Part shown: positions 10,705 through 19,917 of the stretch, one piece after another | Position numbering within the stretch: the stretch's first letter is position 1 | Layout of the letters: each line of letters opens with the position of its first letter | Source of the DNA: Candidatus Bathyarchaeota archaeon | GTDB lineage: Archaea > Thermoproteota > Bathyarchaeia > Bathyarchaeales > Bathycorpusculaceae | Direction of reading: 5' to 3' | Length of the DNA stretch: 64,000 nt | NCBI GenBank assembly: GCA_963806535.1 | Contig: CAWDYC010000004.1 | Span: forward strand, 352,001-416,000 | Notes under the pieces: model-generated | Database searches by the model: none | Told to the model about the DNA's origin: nothing | The model's input: the letters and a program-made list of their open reading frames with translations, nothing else | Program-made: the position numbers and the translations under genes

Positions 10705-11019
10705 TTACACCATAGGCCGATGCAATAATGCTCCTTCAATAGAGCGTAACAGTTGATAGCCGAAAAGTATTGCTGTGAAATAAGTCGGCCACAAAATCAC
10801 TGGCCAATTTCCAGGAGTATAAGACCAAAGACCGTTAGATACAGCAAAAAATTCCATAAGTGCTAAAGCAATCATTCCGCTGGTAGCAAGAAACAATTGC
10901 TCTTTCACTTCTCGTTTGGCTGATCCTTTGCGGCGGACAAAAGTAAGTACTGCCCACGCTGCAAGGAAGCCAAAAAAAAGCACGTACCAACTTGAATTGT
11001 AATCAAATAATATGTTCAT
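10705..11019 (-). CDS. Small integral membrane protein
   Basis: Three hydrophobic helices, EFFAVSNGLWSY motif. Confidence 0.65.
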   Translation of the reverse strand: MNILFDYNSSWYVLFFGFLAAWAVLTFVRRKGSAKREVKEQLFLATSGMIALALMEFFAVSNGLWSYTPGNWPVILWPTYFTAILFGYQLLRSIEGALLHRPMV

Positions 11020-11057
11020 GCTGAGGACAGCGTGTCTTCACTATAAAAATGATTTGA

Positions 11058-11715
11058 TTAATGAGTCGCTTTTTTCTGTTGATTCTTCTGAGGTTTATGG
11101 GCTGACCAGCATTTTCGGCAATACACAGGTCGGTCGGCATGAGGTTGAAAAGGCACTTCACATTCACAACCGCAATCACTGCAAACGACTTTGTAAACGG
11201 TTTCTTCATGGAACTGCTCAAATAAATTATAATTTTTCAGACGTGGCCATCCAGTTTTTGCGTACCGGAGCATTTCAGGTTTATCTTTTAGCCAACGCAT
11301 CATATGGAAAAAGCTTTTACCCCTTTTTTCTTCACGTTCAGCTAATGGTTCGTAGCCTAAATTGCGGATTTCGTCTAAGTAAGCGATTTCCACTAATCTC
11401 TGTGCTTCGCCGACCACTCTTACACGTTTAACCCGGTCTTCACCGTAGACTTTGCGGAGTTCCTCAGCGGCAACATCAAAGATGCAGCCTTGGCAAATGT
11501 GAATTGCTTCGTCTGGTTTGAGATTGAAGTACGAGACTAGTTTAGAGACGACGCGTGAGGATTCTTTGCAGGTATTCTTTTTCTCGGAAAATTTCTTGAT
11601 AGAATCTTACGTCTATGAGGTCATATTTGAATTCGCCTGTTTCTTCTCGGTAAGCGCCAACTACAACGCCATAAAGTAAGTCGCCGCTGCCTGCGTCATC
11701 AACAATAACTGTCAA
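11058..11715 (-). CDS. RNase HII-like protein fused to a C-terminal CxxC-x17-CxxC zinc finger (one frameshift near 11570)
   Basis: N-terminus MTVIVDDAGSGDLLYGVVVGAY resembles the RNase HII DEAGRG motif; KTGW near the end of the domain; CSDCG..VPFQP..RPVYCRKC tail. Confidence 0.65.
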
Positions 11716-11829
11716 CTAATAATGTTCCTTCTGTTGTTTCCTCAATTGAATGCTTATTTCGGCTATAAAAATAGTCCTCTCAAAAATGAAAATAACTGAA
11801 GGCTCTTGCATTATTTTATGAGGCTGTTG

Positions 11830-12465
11830 CTATTGCTGTTTTATAGTTTCGGCAGGGGTTTGTTTAGGAGTTAGAACTCCTTTTTTGCCAAGACGCAGTT
11901 GCCTCTCGCCCCTGAAAACACAAACATGAGCATTCTTAATTTCGATATTTTCTCCAACTGTAATCGAGTTGATTTGTCCTTCCCAGAGACAAAGCTTGAT
12001 TTTTCCTGTGTCATCTTGAACCAAAGCGTTGACTACCATGACAGTGTTGCCAAATTGTGTGTGAACCTGAACTGGCTTAGGAATCTCAAGAACCTCTGCC
12101 TTAACATTTACTCGTTTCATACCTGCTCTCAAAGCATTAACTGCTGTGAAAACTGATTCAGTATTTTGTTTGGCGATTTTCTTGGTTATTTTATCAGTGC
12201 TCATCCAGCTTTCAAAAGGATTGTCTTTTCTCAACAGAAATTGTTCATCAACTCTGAATTGAGCAACAGCATGATTCTCTTTCTTTATCAGAAAAATAAT
12301 TTCATCCTTAACTTTGCCGCGGTATTCAACCTCAAGAGTGCCGCAGACGGCTGTTTCATTGTTTCTTGCTTTTATTAGCGCTTGAAAAACTTCAGAGGGG
12401 TAAATGTTATGTTTTACTGAAAGAAGCGCAATGTGTTCCCCTAAAGTTGATTTTTTCTGTCTCAA
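11830..12465 (-). CDS. OB-fold single-stranded nucleic-acid binding protein with an N-terminal extra domain
   Basis: LRAGMKRVNVKAEVLEI..VQDDTGKIKLCLW..GENIEIKNAHV..FRGERQLRLGK (SSB/RPA OB fold). Confidence 0.85.
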   Translation of the reverse strand: MRQKKSTLGEHIALLSVKHNIYPSEVFQALIKARNNETAVCGTLEVEYRGKVKDEIIFLIKKENHAVAQFRVDEQFLLRKDNPFESWMSTDKITKKIAKQNTESVFTAVNALRAGMKRVNVKAEVLEIPKPVQVHTQFGNTVMVVNALVQDDTGKIKLCLWEGQINSITVGENIEIKNAHVCVFRGERQLRLGKKGVLTPKQTPAETIKQQ

Positions 12466-12815
12466 ATTCCCTCTCTCTTGTCATGTATAATTCGAGAAAA
12501 AGCAAGATTCAAAGTGATTTGTACTTTCTCTCAATATCGAATGCCTACATTATATCAAGGTACCTATATTAGTGTGACTATACAAAAAGCCTTTTAAGCC
12601 CTTTTTTGGAGAAATTAGCGAAAATCAACGTAAAGAGATATTCAGAAATTCGGATTTCCAAATTTTTTTACTTTTCATGGAATTTCGCAGTTAACAATTT
12701 GATGTTAATCTGGAAAATGGAAGCATCCAATTTATAAGGATGGAGAACAAGATAGAAGGTACTGTGTAAAAGCAAACTTTTTGCACATCCAATATAGTAG
12801 GAGTTGAAATAGCGA

Positions 12816-12956
12816 ATGTATAACAACAGAGAAATGCACAAGGCAACCTGCGCTGACTGCGGAAAAGAATGTGATGTTCCTTTCAAGCCAGACGGAACCA
12901 GGCCAGTTTATTGCCGAGAATGCTACTCAAAACGTAGACCACCAAGAAGATATTAA
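12816..12956 (+). CDS. Stand-alone CxxC-x17-CxxC domain protein (46 aa)
   Basis: MYNNREMHKATCADCGKECDVPFKPDGTRPVYCRECYSKRRPPRRY; AGGAG upstream, long T-rich terminator downstream; absent from the ORF track. Confidence 0.9.
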   Translation: MYNNREMHKATCADCGKECDVPFKPDGTRPVYCRECYSKRRPPRRY

Positions 12957-13250
12957 GCTAATTAGCTGAACATCTTTCCAAATCTCATTTATTTTCTTTT
13001 TATTTTTATTATTTTCATCTTTTAAGGTTAGTTTTGTTTTTTATTTTTCAAACGCGAGTTATTCTGTGTGCTCCTTTACCGGAATACTTCGTTCCAAAAC
13101 AAACCTAATCAACTCCAGAAACAAACGTGACGCTTTGAAGCCTCATAGACCTTTCCAACTACAACTGTATCGGCTGCCCTACTGTTTCAGTAACAATGGT
13201 GGTGGTTGCTGGCTTGTTGGTTTGCTTCAAGAAAAAGGGGCCAGTATAGT

Positions 13251-14591
13251 TTAATTCATTGCTTCCGTTTTTGTTTTTTCTTCAATATCTTCTTTGTTTA
13301 GATGTATCACTATCGTATAGTAAACAGTATTAAGCATTCGAAGCTTATGAGCCCGAAAACTTATGAATTTGAATTTCCTAAGCAAAATTATTAACAAAAG
13401 ACAAAACAAAACAACAAAACCAATTATCTCAATGATTAGGATTGGATGAGGATTAACAGTAAAACTATATCCAATCCCATTATTTGGCTCAACAGAAAAG
13501 ACGATATATGAAAATTTTGATAATTTGAATATGTATAACATATTTACATAGACAGAACCTATGACAAGCAAAAGTCCAAGAATGCTGATAATTTTTCCTT
13601 TGATTGAATTAAATATTAAAGTTGCTTTTGAAATGAATGAGGCAGCTAGTATGCTAAAAAACGGCAATGATTGAAATGAATATTTTATTGAACTTTCATA
13701 TGAACACTTAAGGCTCGCTATGTAACCTAAGTAAAAGTTTGTCCCAAGTACACACACTATTGTTACAAACCAAATCAGATCAAGGGTCAAAAATTTACGC
13801 ATTGTTTTTTTATATACTAAAGACAGAATTAATGAAAAAACTATTAAATCGATAAATAGCCATCCAAGTCCGTAATCTATAAGAAAATTACTTATGAAGA
13901 ATGGTGACGGAACCAAATTGACCGATGCGCAGGTGTCATGAAAATCGTTATGGGCCAATAAGAAAGCTATCCCTGTTCCAAAAATAACTTGAAACCAAAT
14001 GATTGAACTTGCTATCGCTGGAATCAGAAATACGGGCATCCATTTTTTTGGTCTCTTATAAAAAATTAAGAATAGAAATATTGGAATCAGAACGAAGACG
14101 GCGTAAAACTTTGTTAGAATAGCCACTGCAAAGACAAAACTTGCAGCCATGAAAAGTCCAAATGAGCTTCTTCTAATAGCAAGTATGCTTACCCAGAAAC
14201 ATAGCAAACTGAAGAATAAACAGATTATGTCAATCAAAAATGTCCTGCTAAGAACAACTGCCCAAGGGCTCAAACCGAAAATAATTGCTGCAACGTAGCC
14301 TGCTGTTTGTTTGTAGAAGATTTTTGTTATCTCGTAGACAAGAACTGAGCATAAGAGTCCAAACGCCAACATTAGGTACACTGACGTGCCAGTCAGCGCT
14401 TCTAAGTAGAAACCTATCGGTGGTTGATTTACCGGCGTTCCATAAATATTGACGTAGGGGAAACCGGATCTAAGTATGCCGTTTGCTGCGTCTAATTCGT
14501 ATTTGTTGTCAAGATTCTGAAAAGGTCCAATGGTGACAGAGATTAAGAATAAGCAGACAAGAATAAGGAGAAGAGTATAGTTTATTTTCAT
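13251..14591 (-). CDS. GT-C fold glycosyltransferase (ArnT/PMT-like)
   Basis: Multi-TM; LDNKYE, NQPPIGFY, SRTFLIDI, AILTKFY motifs; AT-rich. Confidence 0.8.
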   Translation of the reverse strand: MKINYTLLLILVCLFLISVTIGPFQNLDNKYELDAANGILRSGFPYVNIYGTPVNQPPIGFYLEALTGTSVYLMLAFGLLCSVLVYEITKIFYKQTAGYVAAIIFGLSPWAVVLSRTFLIDIICLFFSLLCFWVSILAIRRSSFGLFMAASFVFAVAILTKFYAVFVLIPIFLFLIFYKRPKKWMPVFLIPAIASSIIWFQVIFGTGIAFLLAHNDFHDTCASVNLVPSPFFISNFLIDYGLGWLFIDLIVFSLILSLVYKKTMRKFLTLDLIWFVTIVCVLGTNFYLGYIASLKCSYESSIKYSFQSLPFFSILAASFISKATLIFNSIKGKIISILGLLLVIGSVYVNMLYIFKLSKFSYIVFSVEPNNGIGYSFTVNPHPILIIEIIGFVVLFCLLLIILLRKFKFISFRAHKLRMLNTVYYTIVIHLNKEDIEEKTKTEAMN

Positions 14592-14671
14592 CTCTTATCC
14601 TCACGCTTATGATATAACCAGTTTTGAAGCGGGATTCTAAACCGGCTGATCATAATCAAGAGAGGTCTAGA

Positions 14672-14695
14672 TTTTAATAAAAGCTTATTCGTAAA
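14672..14695 (-). promoter_or_regulatory. Promoter shared with the GT4 operon (43476-43499)
   Basis: TTTTAATAAAAGCTTATTCGTAAA versus TTTTAATAAAAGCGTATTCGTAAA, 23 of 24 identical. Confidence 0.6.
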
Positions 14696-14866
14696 AGTAT
14701 CTTGACTTGTGTAGTGAGTTTCTTGGCTTGGCCTCTTAAAATAAATTAATCATAAGTTTTGGCATTCGGCTTATTAGCTACTCCTTTTGTTGGAACTAAG
14801 AAGAGCAAGTTTAAAAAACAAATTAAGTTCTTATGAAATAAAATACTTACTATCTGAGGTAAAAGA

Positions 14867-15535
14867 TTGATTGTTCTAAAAAAGTGGCGAAAGAACGATT
14901 ATTTCAAAACTGTGATCGCTATTGCGTTGATCGTTGGGATAGTTCTCGGCTTATTCTTTGGTCTACAACTAGGTCTTCACACTTCTAATCCCATGTTGAC
15001 TGTGGAGAGCGGCAGCATGAGTATTCCCTATGATGGTTTGGAAAGTGAAAGCTGGCAAGGCTTCTGGCTTAGCATTATGCACCCTTTTGATAGAACCCTT
15101 AGTGTAGGTGACATCATAATCGTCCAAGGGATAAATCCCAAAGATCTAAAAACCGACTATCCTAACAGTGACATAATCATTTACCATCGACCTGACGACC
15201 CAAGTGAATTAATAGTTCATAGGATAGTAAGCAAAGAAATTATCAACGGAACAATCTATTTCCAAACAAAAGGTGACGGAAACCCACCAGAGTTTTGGCC
15301 CAATCCCGCCACAGAAGTTGACTCATGGGGTTCAATTCCTCAACAAGATGTCGTTGGCAAAGTGGTTATGCGCATTCCATGGTTCGGATGGATAACACTT
15401 TTCATGAAAGGTAATTCGTGGGGACTGCCCGTAATTATTGGGCTTATCCTTCTGCTTGTTGTCATCGAATTTGTTGCCCCATTTATAAGAGGCAAGAAAA
15501 AAATAAACGGCGGGTCACAACTAGTGCCAAGGTGA
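14867..15535 (+). CDS. Signal peptidase I, archaeal/Sec11 type (S26B)
   Basis: TM, VESGSM (catalytic Ser), GDIIIV, IVHRIV, TKGDGN, VVGKV..IPWFG, TM. Confidence 0.9.
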   Translation: MIVLKKWRKNDYFKTVIAIALIVGIVLGLFFGLQLGLHTSNPMLTVESGSMSIPYDGLESESWQGFWLSIMHPFDRTLSVGDIIIVQGINPKDLKTDYPNSDIIIYHRPDDPSELIVHRIVSKEIINGTIYFQTKGDGNPPEFWPNPATEVDSWGSIPQQDVVGKVVMRIPWFGWITLFMKGNSWGLPVIIGLILLLVVIEFVAPFIRGKKKINGGSQLVPR

Positions 15536-15638
15536 CTTGATAGGCAAAAGAAGAAATTATAAAATTTGATTAACTTGTAACTTGGTTGCCGAGGTTCGTT
15601 AACACACTTCAATAAACACAATCGCAAAAAAACTTGGT

Positions 15639-15908
15639 TTAAGGATTCAAATCACACGTTTTAGTTTTGCAGTCATTTCCATTTTGCAACTGTTTTAGAA
15701 GGTTTACTTCTTTTTGATAATTTGCCAATTCAGCATTCAAATATTTGATAAGTTCAATTTTTAACTTTATTTCCTGAATATTATCCATTACGGGTTTTTT
15801 GTTTGATTGGAACTGCGTTTTTTGCCACGCCAAATCGTCAAGATTTTTTTTAACCTCTTTAGAATAAATCTTTGCAGGCTCTTTCTTTGACCTATTATTT
15901 TTGCTCAT
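15639..15908 (-). CDS. Hypothetical coiled-coil protein
   Basis: 89-aa ORF with a heptad-like C-terminal half. Confidence 0.5.
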   Translation of the reverse strand: MSKNNRSKKEPAKIYSKEVKKNLDDLAWQKTQFQSNKKPVMDNIQEIKLKIELIKYLNAELANYQKEVNLLKQLQNGNDCKTKTCDLNP

Positions 15909-16001
15909 ACAGCCTTTTCCGTTAATTCAACTATGTTTATGCTATTTCGACGTTATCAGAATTTAAGCATTTATGTTTATTGCCACATAGATCCTTTACT
16001 C

Positions 16002-16170
16002 AGTTATTGACGATTTTTGGCAGGGGCTGTTCTTTGTGTTTTAGGTTGCTTTTTTGAAGCAAAGCTTAAATTCTATGCAGGTTGCGTGTGCATTTGTGTG
16101 GATTTGTGCTGAAATGTGTCGAATTGTGGCAAAATGTGTTGAAACGTGTGATTCTGTGTGGAACTATGTA
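16002..16170 (+). repeat. Dispersed element copy B: head plus eight GTG repeats at exact 10-bp phase
   Basis: Head 16028-16086; decamers gttgcGTGtg catttGTGtg gatttGTGct gaaatGTGtc gaattGTGgc aaaatGTGtt gaaacGTGtg attctGTGtg. Confidence 0.85.
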
Positions 16171-16187
16171 AACAAAAGTGAGTCACC

Positions 16188-16466
16188 ATGCCTTTAACTC
16201 AAAGAGTTTCCTTCAAAAACATTCTAACCAAGACCAATCTGATACAGGTTCCAAAATTGGTACGGTGGCAGTTTAAGCTGGAGCCCTCTGAAATTCTAAA
16301 AATCACTGTCGCCATAAAGGATCGATTGGGTGTAAAGGAAAGCTTTCTTGGAAAAATGCACAAAGACGGAAGAATAACTATTCCACAACTAACCCTTGCC
16401 CTACTAAAACAATATGAACCCAATCTTGAAGGCTTAGTCTTAGAAATTACCCTAGAACCCACATAA
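16188..16466 (+). CDS. Tandem AbrB/SpoVT (MraZ-like) DNA-binding protein
   Basis: Two AbrB-like units: TNLIQVPKLVRWQFKLEPSEILKITV and HKDGRITIPQ..LEGLVLEITL. Confidence 0.75.
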   Translation: MPLTQRVSFKNILTKTNLIQVPKLVRWQFKLEPSEILKITVAIKDRLGVKESFLGKMHKDGRITIPQLTLALLKQYEPNLEGLVLEITLEPT

Positions 16467-16479
16467 AACAGATTCCAAC

Positions 16480-16794
16480 CAACTAACCCAACAATACAAC
16501 GCACGCCTGCTAATTGACAGCAAAAGCGTTAGAGACCCAATCTGCGCTGAACTCCAAAGCGAAAACGTCCGAGTTGAAGGCTACAAATTCGCAAATGCCA
16601 CAAAAAAGGAACTTATTGAAAACTTGAGCATAATGATTGAGAACCAGCAGATTACTATACCGTCAATTCCCGAGTTAGTCAATAAGCTTAAGCTTTACGG
16701 TTACAAGACTACGGCAAGTGGAAGAGTGCAGTATGGAGCTCCAGAAGGCTACCACGACCACTACGTTATAGCTTTAACATTAGCTGCATGGTAA
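16480..16794 (+). pseudogene. Relic of a phage terminase large subunit C-terminal nuclease domain
   Basis: YNARLLIDSKSVRDPI..VEGYKF..KKELIENL..IPELVNKLKLYGY..GRVQYGAPEGYHDHYVIALTLAAW; no start codon; IDxTGVGD and HDD motifs are degenerate. Confidence 0.75.
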
Positions 16795-17062
16795 CTAAAG
16801 CGAAGTCCGCCACAAGGAATATTCGTAGGATTCATTCAACACGAGGAACTAAAGAAAAAAGGCAACATATTTGACCACCATTTTTTCACTAAAGTAAGCC
16901 ATTTCTAAATCATCTCACTATGACTTCCCACCGCTGGAAAATATCGCTATAGGCAAAAAAAGAATGAATGAAGATACGGCAATTCGTAAACTGCAAGCAA
17001 TATTTTTCGAAAGCATTTCAGTAAAAATACTTAAATATGCATTTTTACTTAAAACCTTATTT

Positions 17063-17344
17063 ATGACAAACATGACTATCTCAATCCCTTCAGAACTCTG
17101 CGAGAAGATGAAGAGACATGCAGAAGTAAAATGGAGCGAAGTAGTGAGAAAATCAATAGCAGAGTACATCAACAAAATGGAAATCGTCGAAGGAGGAGTT
17201 GTGCCGTCAAGCAAACTGGCAAATATGCTCAAAGAATCCAACATAGATCTTGCCAATATAACTCTCGATAAAGCAACTAAACAGTACGAAAAAGGCAGGA
17301 AACTGGAATGGAAGAGATTGTCTACGACACAAATCAGCTCATAA
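17063..17344 (+). CDS. RHH-type antitoxin (VapB-like)
   Basis: MTNMTISIPSELCEKMKRHAEVKWSEVVRKSIAEY; overlaps the PIN gene. Confidence 0.8.
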   Translation: MTNMTISIPSELCEKMKRHAEVKWSEVVRKSIAEYINKMEIVEGGVVPSSKLANMLKESNIDLANITLDKATKQYEKGRKLEWKRLSTTQISS

Positions 17345-17642
17345 ATCATCCTCAAAACTGACAAAACCAACTTCAAAGGCTTAACAACAATATTCAACAT
17401 CATCGAATTCCCAAAAGCTCTTAGAGCTCAAAGAACTAGACGTGATATACCCAACAATCGATGATTACAACGAAAGCTTAAAAATTTCTGCCGCTTTGCT
17501 CAAAAAGGGTAAACTCCTTCCAACAATTGACATACTAATCGCCACAATATGCATCAGAAGAGAGCTAACACTATCCACACTAGACCAACACTTCGCAAAC
17601 ATAAAATCGGTTAGAAACAATTTCAAGCTGAAATTGATCTGA
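17308..17642 (+). CDS. vapC: PIN-domain VapC toxin (two frameshifts)
   Basis: Reconstructed MEEIVYDTNQLI..TTIFNIIEFPKA..GKLLPTIDILIATICI..LSTLDQHF. Confidence 0.78.
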
Positions 17643-17666
17643 CAACGAATTGAACTTCGATAATGA

Positions 17667-18089
17667 CTACTGCATAAGTGTCTTGCTGGATAAGGTTTTT
17701 ATTCCCAAGTTTTCTGCAGCTTTGGCAAGTTTACTGTCGTCGCTGACTAAGATCTTGCCAGATTTCTTTGCCTCTACAAGATAAGCTGCGTCATAAAATG
17801 TCAAGTTAAATTTGTACGCTGTGTTCAATACTTCGTATCCTGTCTCATTATCAAGTGAAGCTACCTGCATACGTTCAAGAATAGAGTACATCAGATCTAA
17901 TGATTTTTGTGCCTCTTCAATATTTATTCTTTTAAGCAAAAGACATTCTCTCCACAACGCATTGCCCAGCTCATAGTATGCTAAATAAATCGTTGTTCCG
18001 CTAACTAGTTTTTCCACAGCGTCTTGTGGCTGTTCCCTAATGAGCTTGTATATGATGTTGGAGTCAAACAGTAACTGCGGCTGTATCAT
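17667..18089 (-). CDS. vapC: PIN-domain VapC toxin
   Basis: LFDSN, YYELGNALW, LTFYDAAYL, LVSDDSKL. Confidence 0.9.
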   Translation of the reverse strand: MIQPQLLFDSNIIYKLIREQPQDAVEKLVSGTTIYLAYYELGNALWRECLLLKRINIEEAQKSLDLMYSILERMQVASLDNETGYEVLNTAYKFNLTFYDAAYLVEAKKSGKILVSDDSKLAKAAENLGIKTLSSKTLMQ

Positions 18090-18316
18090 CTGCTGTCCCT
18101 TGTAGTGCGAATGGATTGGGTAAATTCTTCAGGTGGAATCTTTTTTAGAATTTCTGATACCTCTTTAGCAAGTTTGTTTAGTTGTTCTTTTTCCAATCGG
18201 TCTACTTCGGATTGCAAGGTTTCTCTTATTAGCTCGCTTACATTTACGCCTAAACTGGATAACTTTTTCTTGAGTTCAGCTGGAACTTTTGCGCAAACAG
18301 TTTCTTCCATCGCCAT
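18086..18316 (-). CDS. VapB-type antitoxin
   Basis: ETVCAKVPAELKKKLSSLGVNVSELIRETL RHH pattern; ATGA overlap with vapC. Confidence 0.85.
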   Translation of the reverse strand: MAMEETVCAKVPAELKKKLSSLGVNVSELIRETLQSEVDRLEKEQLNKLAKEVSEILKKIPPEEFTQSIRTTRDSR

Positions 18317-18455
18317 AGGTATTACCAATGTAGTATAACAAATCTGTATGATAAGAAGATTACTACTATCCCCAAATCTAACTAGAAATCGTAGAGATGG
18401 GGATGGAAATTAAAACATGAACAAGTATACGCTGATTCCTGAGTTAATCAATGAA

Positions 18456-19812
18456 CTCAAGCTCTACGTTTATGGCTACCTCAACCAGGTAAGATCCAGC
18501 AGGAAGCTCTAGAAAGAATGCCACCGTAACGTTGAGGCCATGTGGCTAATGAAAAAGTTGGCGCCAGACCACAAGACCATCGCTGACTTCAGAAAAGACA
18601 ACGTAGACTGCATCAAACCAGTTTTCAAAGAATTCGTTTACCTCTGCAAAAGCCTCGATCTATACGGCGCTCAACTCGTCGCCATAGACGGGACCAAATT
18701 CAAAGCTGTAAACTCAAGAAGCAACAACCTCAATGAGAAAATCGTCGCTTTGAGGCTCAAACAAACAGAGGAAAAGATAGCAGAGTATCTTAAAGAAATG
18801 GACAAGAACGATGCAAACGATTCAGAACAAGGAGAAGACTCGGCCGCTGAAGCGCTTAAGGAAAAGATAAGCCGACTAGAAGAAAAAAAGCAACAATATG
18901 GGCAAATTCAGTCTCAGATGAAGGCTACGGGCCAAAGCGAGGTTTCTCTTGTGGACCCTGATAGCCGTCTGATGAGAGTGAATAGTCAACTTCTTGAAGT
19001 CAGCTATAACATTCAAACATCTGTTGATGCCAAGCAGCATCTCATTGTTGATTATGATGTGATAAATAACTCAACTGACCATCATCAACTTACTAAGGAT
19101 GCGTTGGCAGCAAAGCAGACTTTAGGTGTTGAGACACTTGAGGTTTTGAGTGACAAGGGATTCTATGTTGAAAAAGACGTCTCAGATTGCGAGAATAATG
19201 GTATTACAGTCTTCATGCCTATACCTGCCGTTTTGAGCCCTTACAAGAGTTTGGGTGTTCCAGCGCCTGAGTTCTACAGCGACAGATTTGCTTATGATGC
19301 TGCTAAGAACGTGTATGTTTGTCCTGCAGGCGAAGAGTTGAAGTTTTGTAAGCGCGTGTACAGAGATGAGCCTTTGCGAGGCAGGGTTTACAGGACTGCT
19401 AGTTGCGCTGTCTGTGTTTTTAGGAGCAATTGTACGAGGAACAAACGTGGACGGACTATGGTTAGGTCTGAGTATGATGGTGCAGTTGAGCGTCTAAGGG
19501 TTAGGTTGAAGGGTCTTGATGGGCGAGATAAGCTTCGTTTGAGGCGGATGCTAGTGGAGCATCCGTTTGGGACCATGAAGCGGGCTTTCAATCAGGGATA
19601 TTTGCTCATGAAGGGTCTTAGGAAGGTTAAGGGCGAGGTTGGATTTACTATGCTTGCTTACAACATGCGACGGGCTATCAATATTCTTGGAGTTGGTTTG
19701 CTGATGGGCTTGATTAAGGCGTAGAAAAGAGAAAACAAGTAATAATAATCGTTGGCAAGAGCTTGAGTTCCAGATATTCTTAGGCTTTAACTCTGAGTTT
19801 TGACACAGTCTG
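18456..19812 (+). mobile_element. IS1182-family element, 5'-truncated; transposase has an in-frame TAG at 18510 (intact stretch 18540-19724)
   Basis: LKLYVYGYLNQVRSSRKL, WLMKKLAPDHKTIADFR, IDGTKFKA, DPDSRLM, YNIQ, DKGFY, YVCPAG, VEHPFGTMK, AYNMRR; right end GAGTTTTGACACAGTCT (19795-19811). Confidence 0.9.
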
Positions 19813-19832
19813 AAATAGGGGCGGAACCAATA

Positions 19833-19858
19833 GCGGGCTCGGTGGGATTTGAACCCAC
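19833..19858 (-). other. tRNA 3' fragment (T-arm plus acceptor strand), att-like
   Basis: Reverse complement GTGGGTTCAAATCCCACCGAGCCCGC; no 5' half nearby. Confidence 0.75.
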
Positions 19859-19917
19859 TAACTATATCTTATTCTTTTAAACTTGAGATGGAGTTTAGCA
19901 AGCCTTAAATTAAGAAA

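Noticed and set aside
12668-12886. 72-aa minus-strand ORF
   Set aside because: Antisense to the real CxxC-x17-CxxC gene at 12816-12956
16918-17403. 161-aa minus-strand ORF
   Set aside because: Antisense shadow of the antitoxin/VapC pair
18510-18512. In-frame TAG as pyrrolysine readthrough
   Set aside because: It replaces the usual Glu codon of the SSRxLE motif in a 5'-truncated transposase, and no pyl genes are seen; simple nonsense change
19833-19858. Possible complete tRNA genes here and at 62158-62181
   Set aside because: Only the T-arm and 3' acceptor strand are present; no D or anticodon arm
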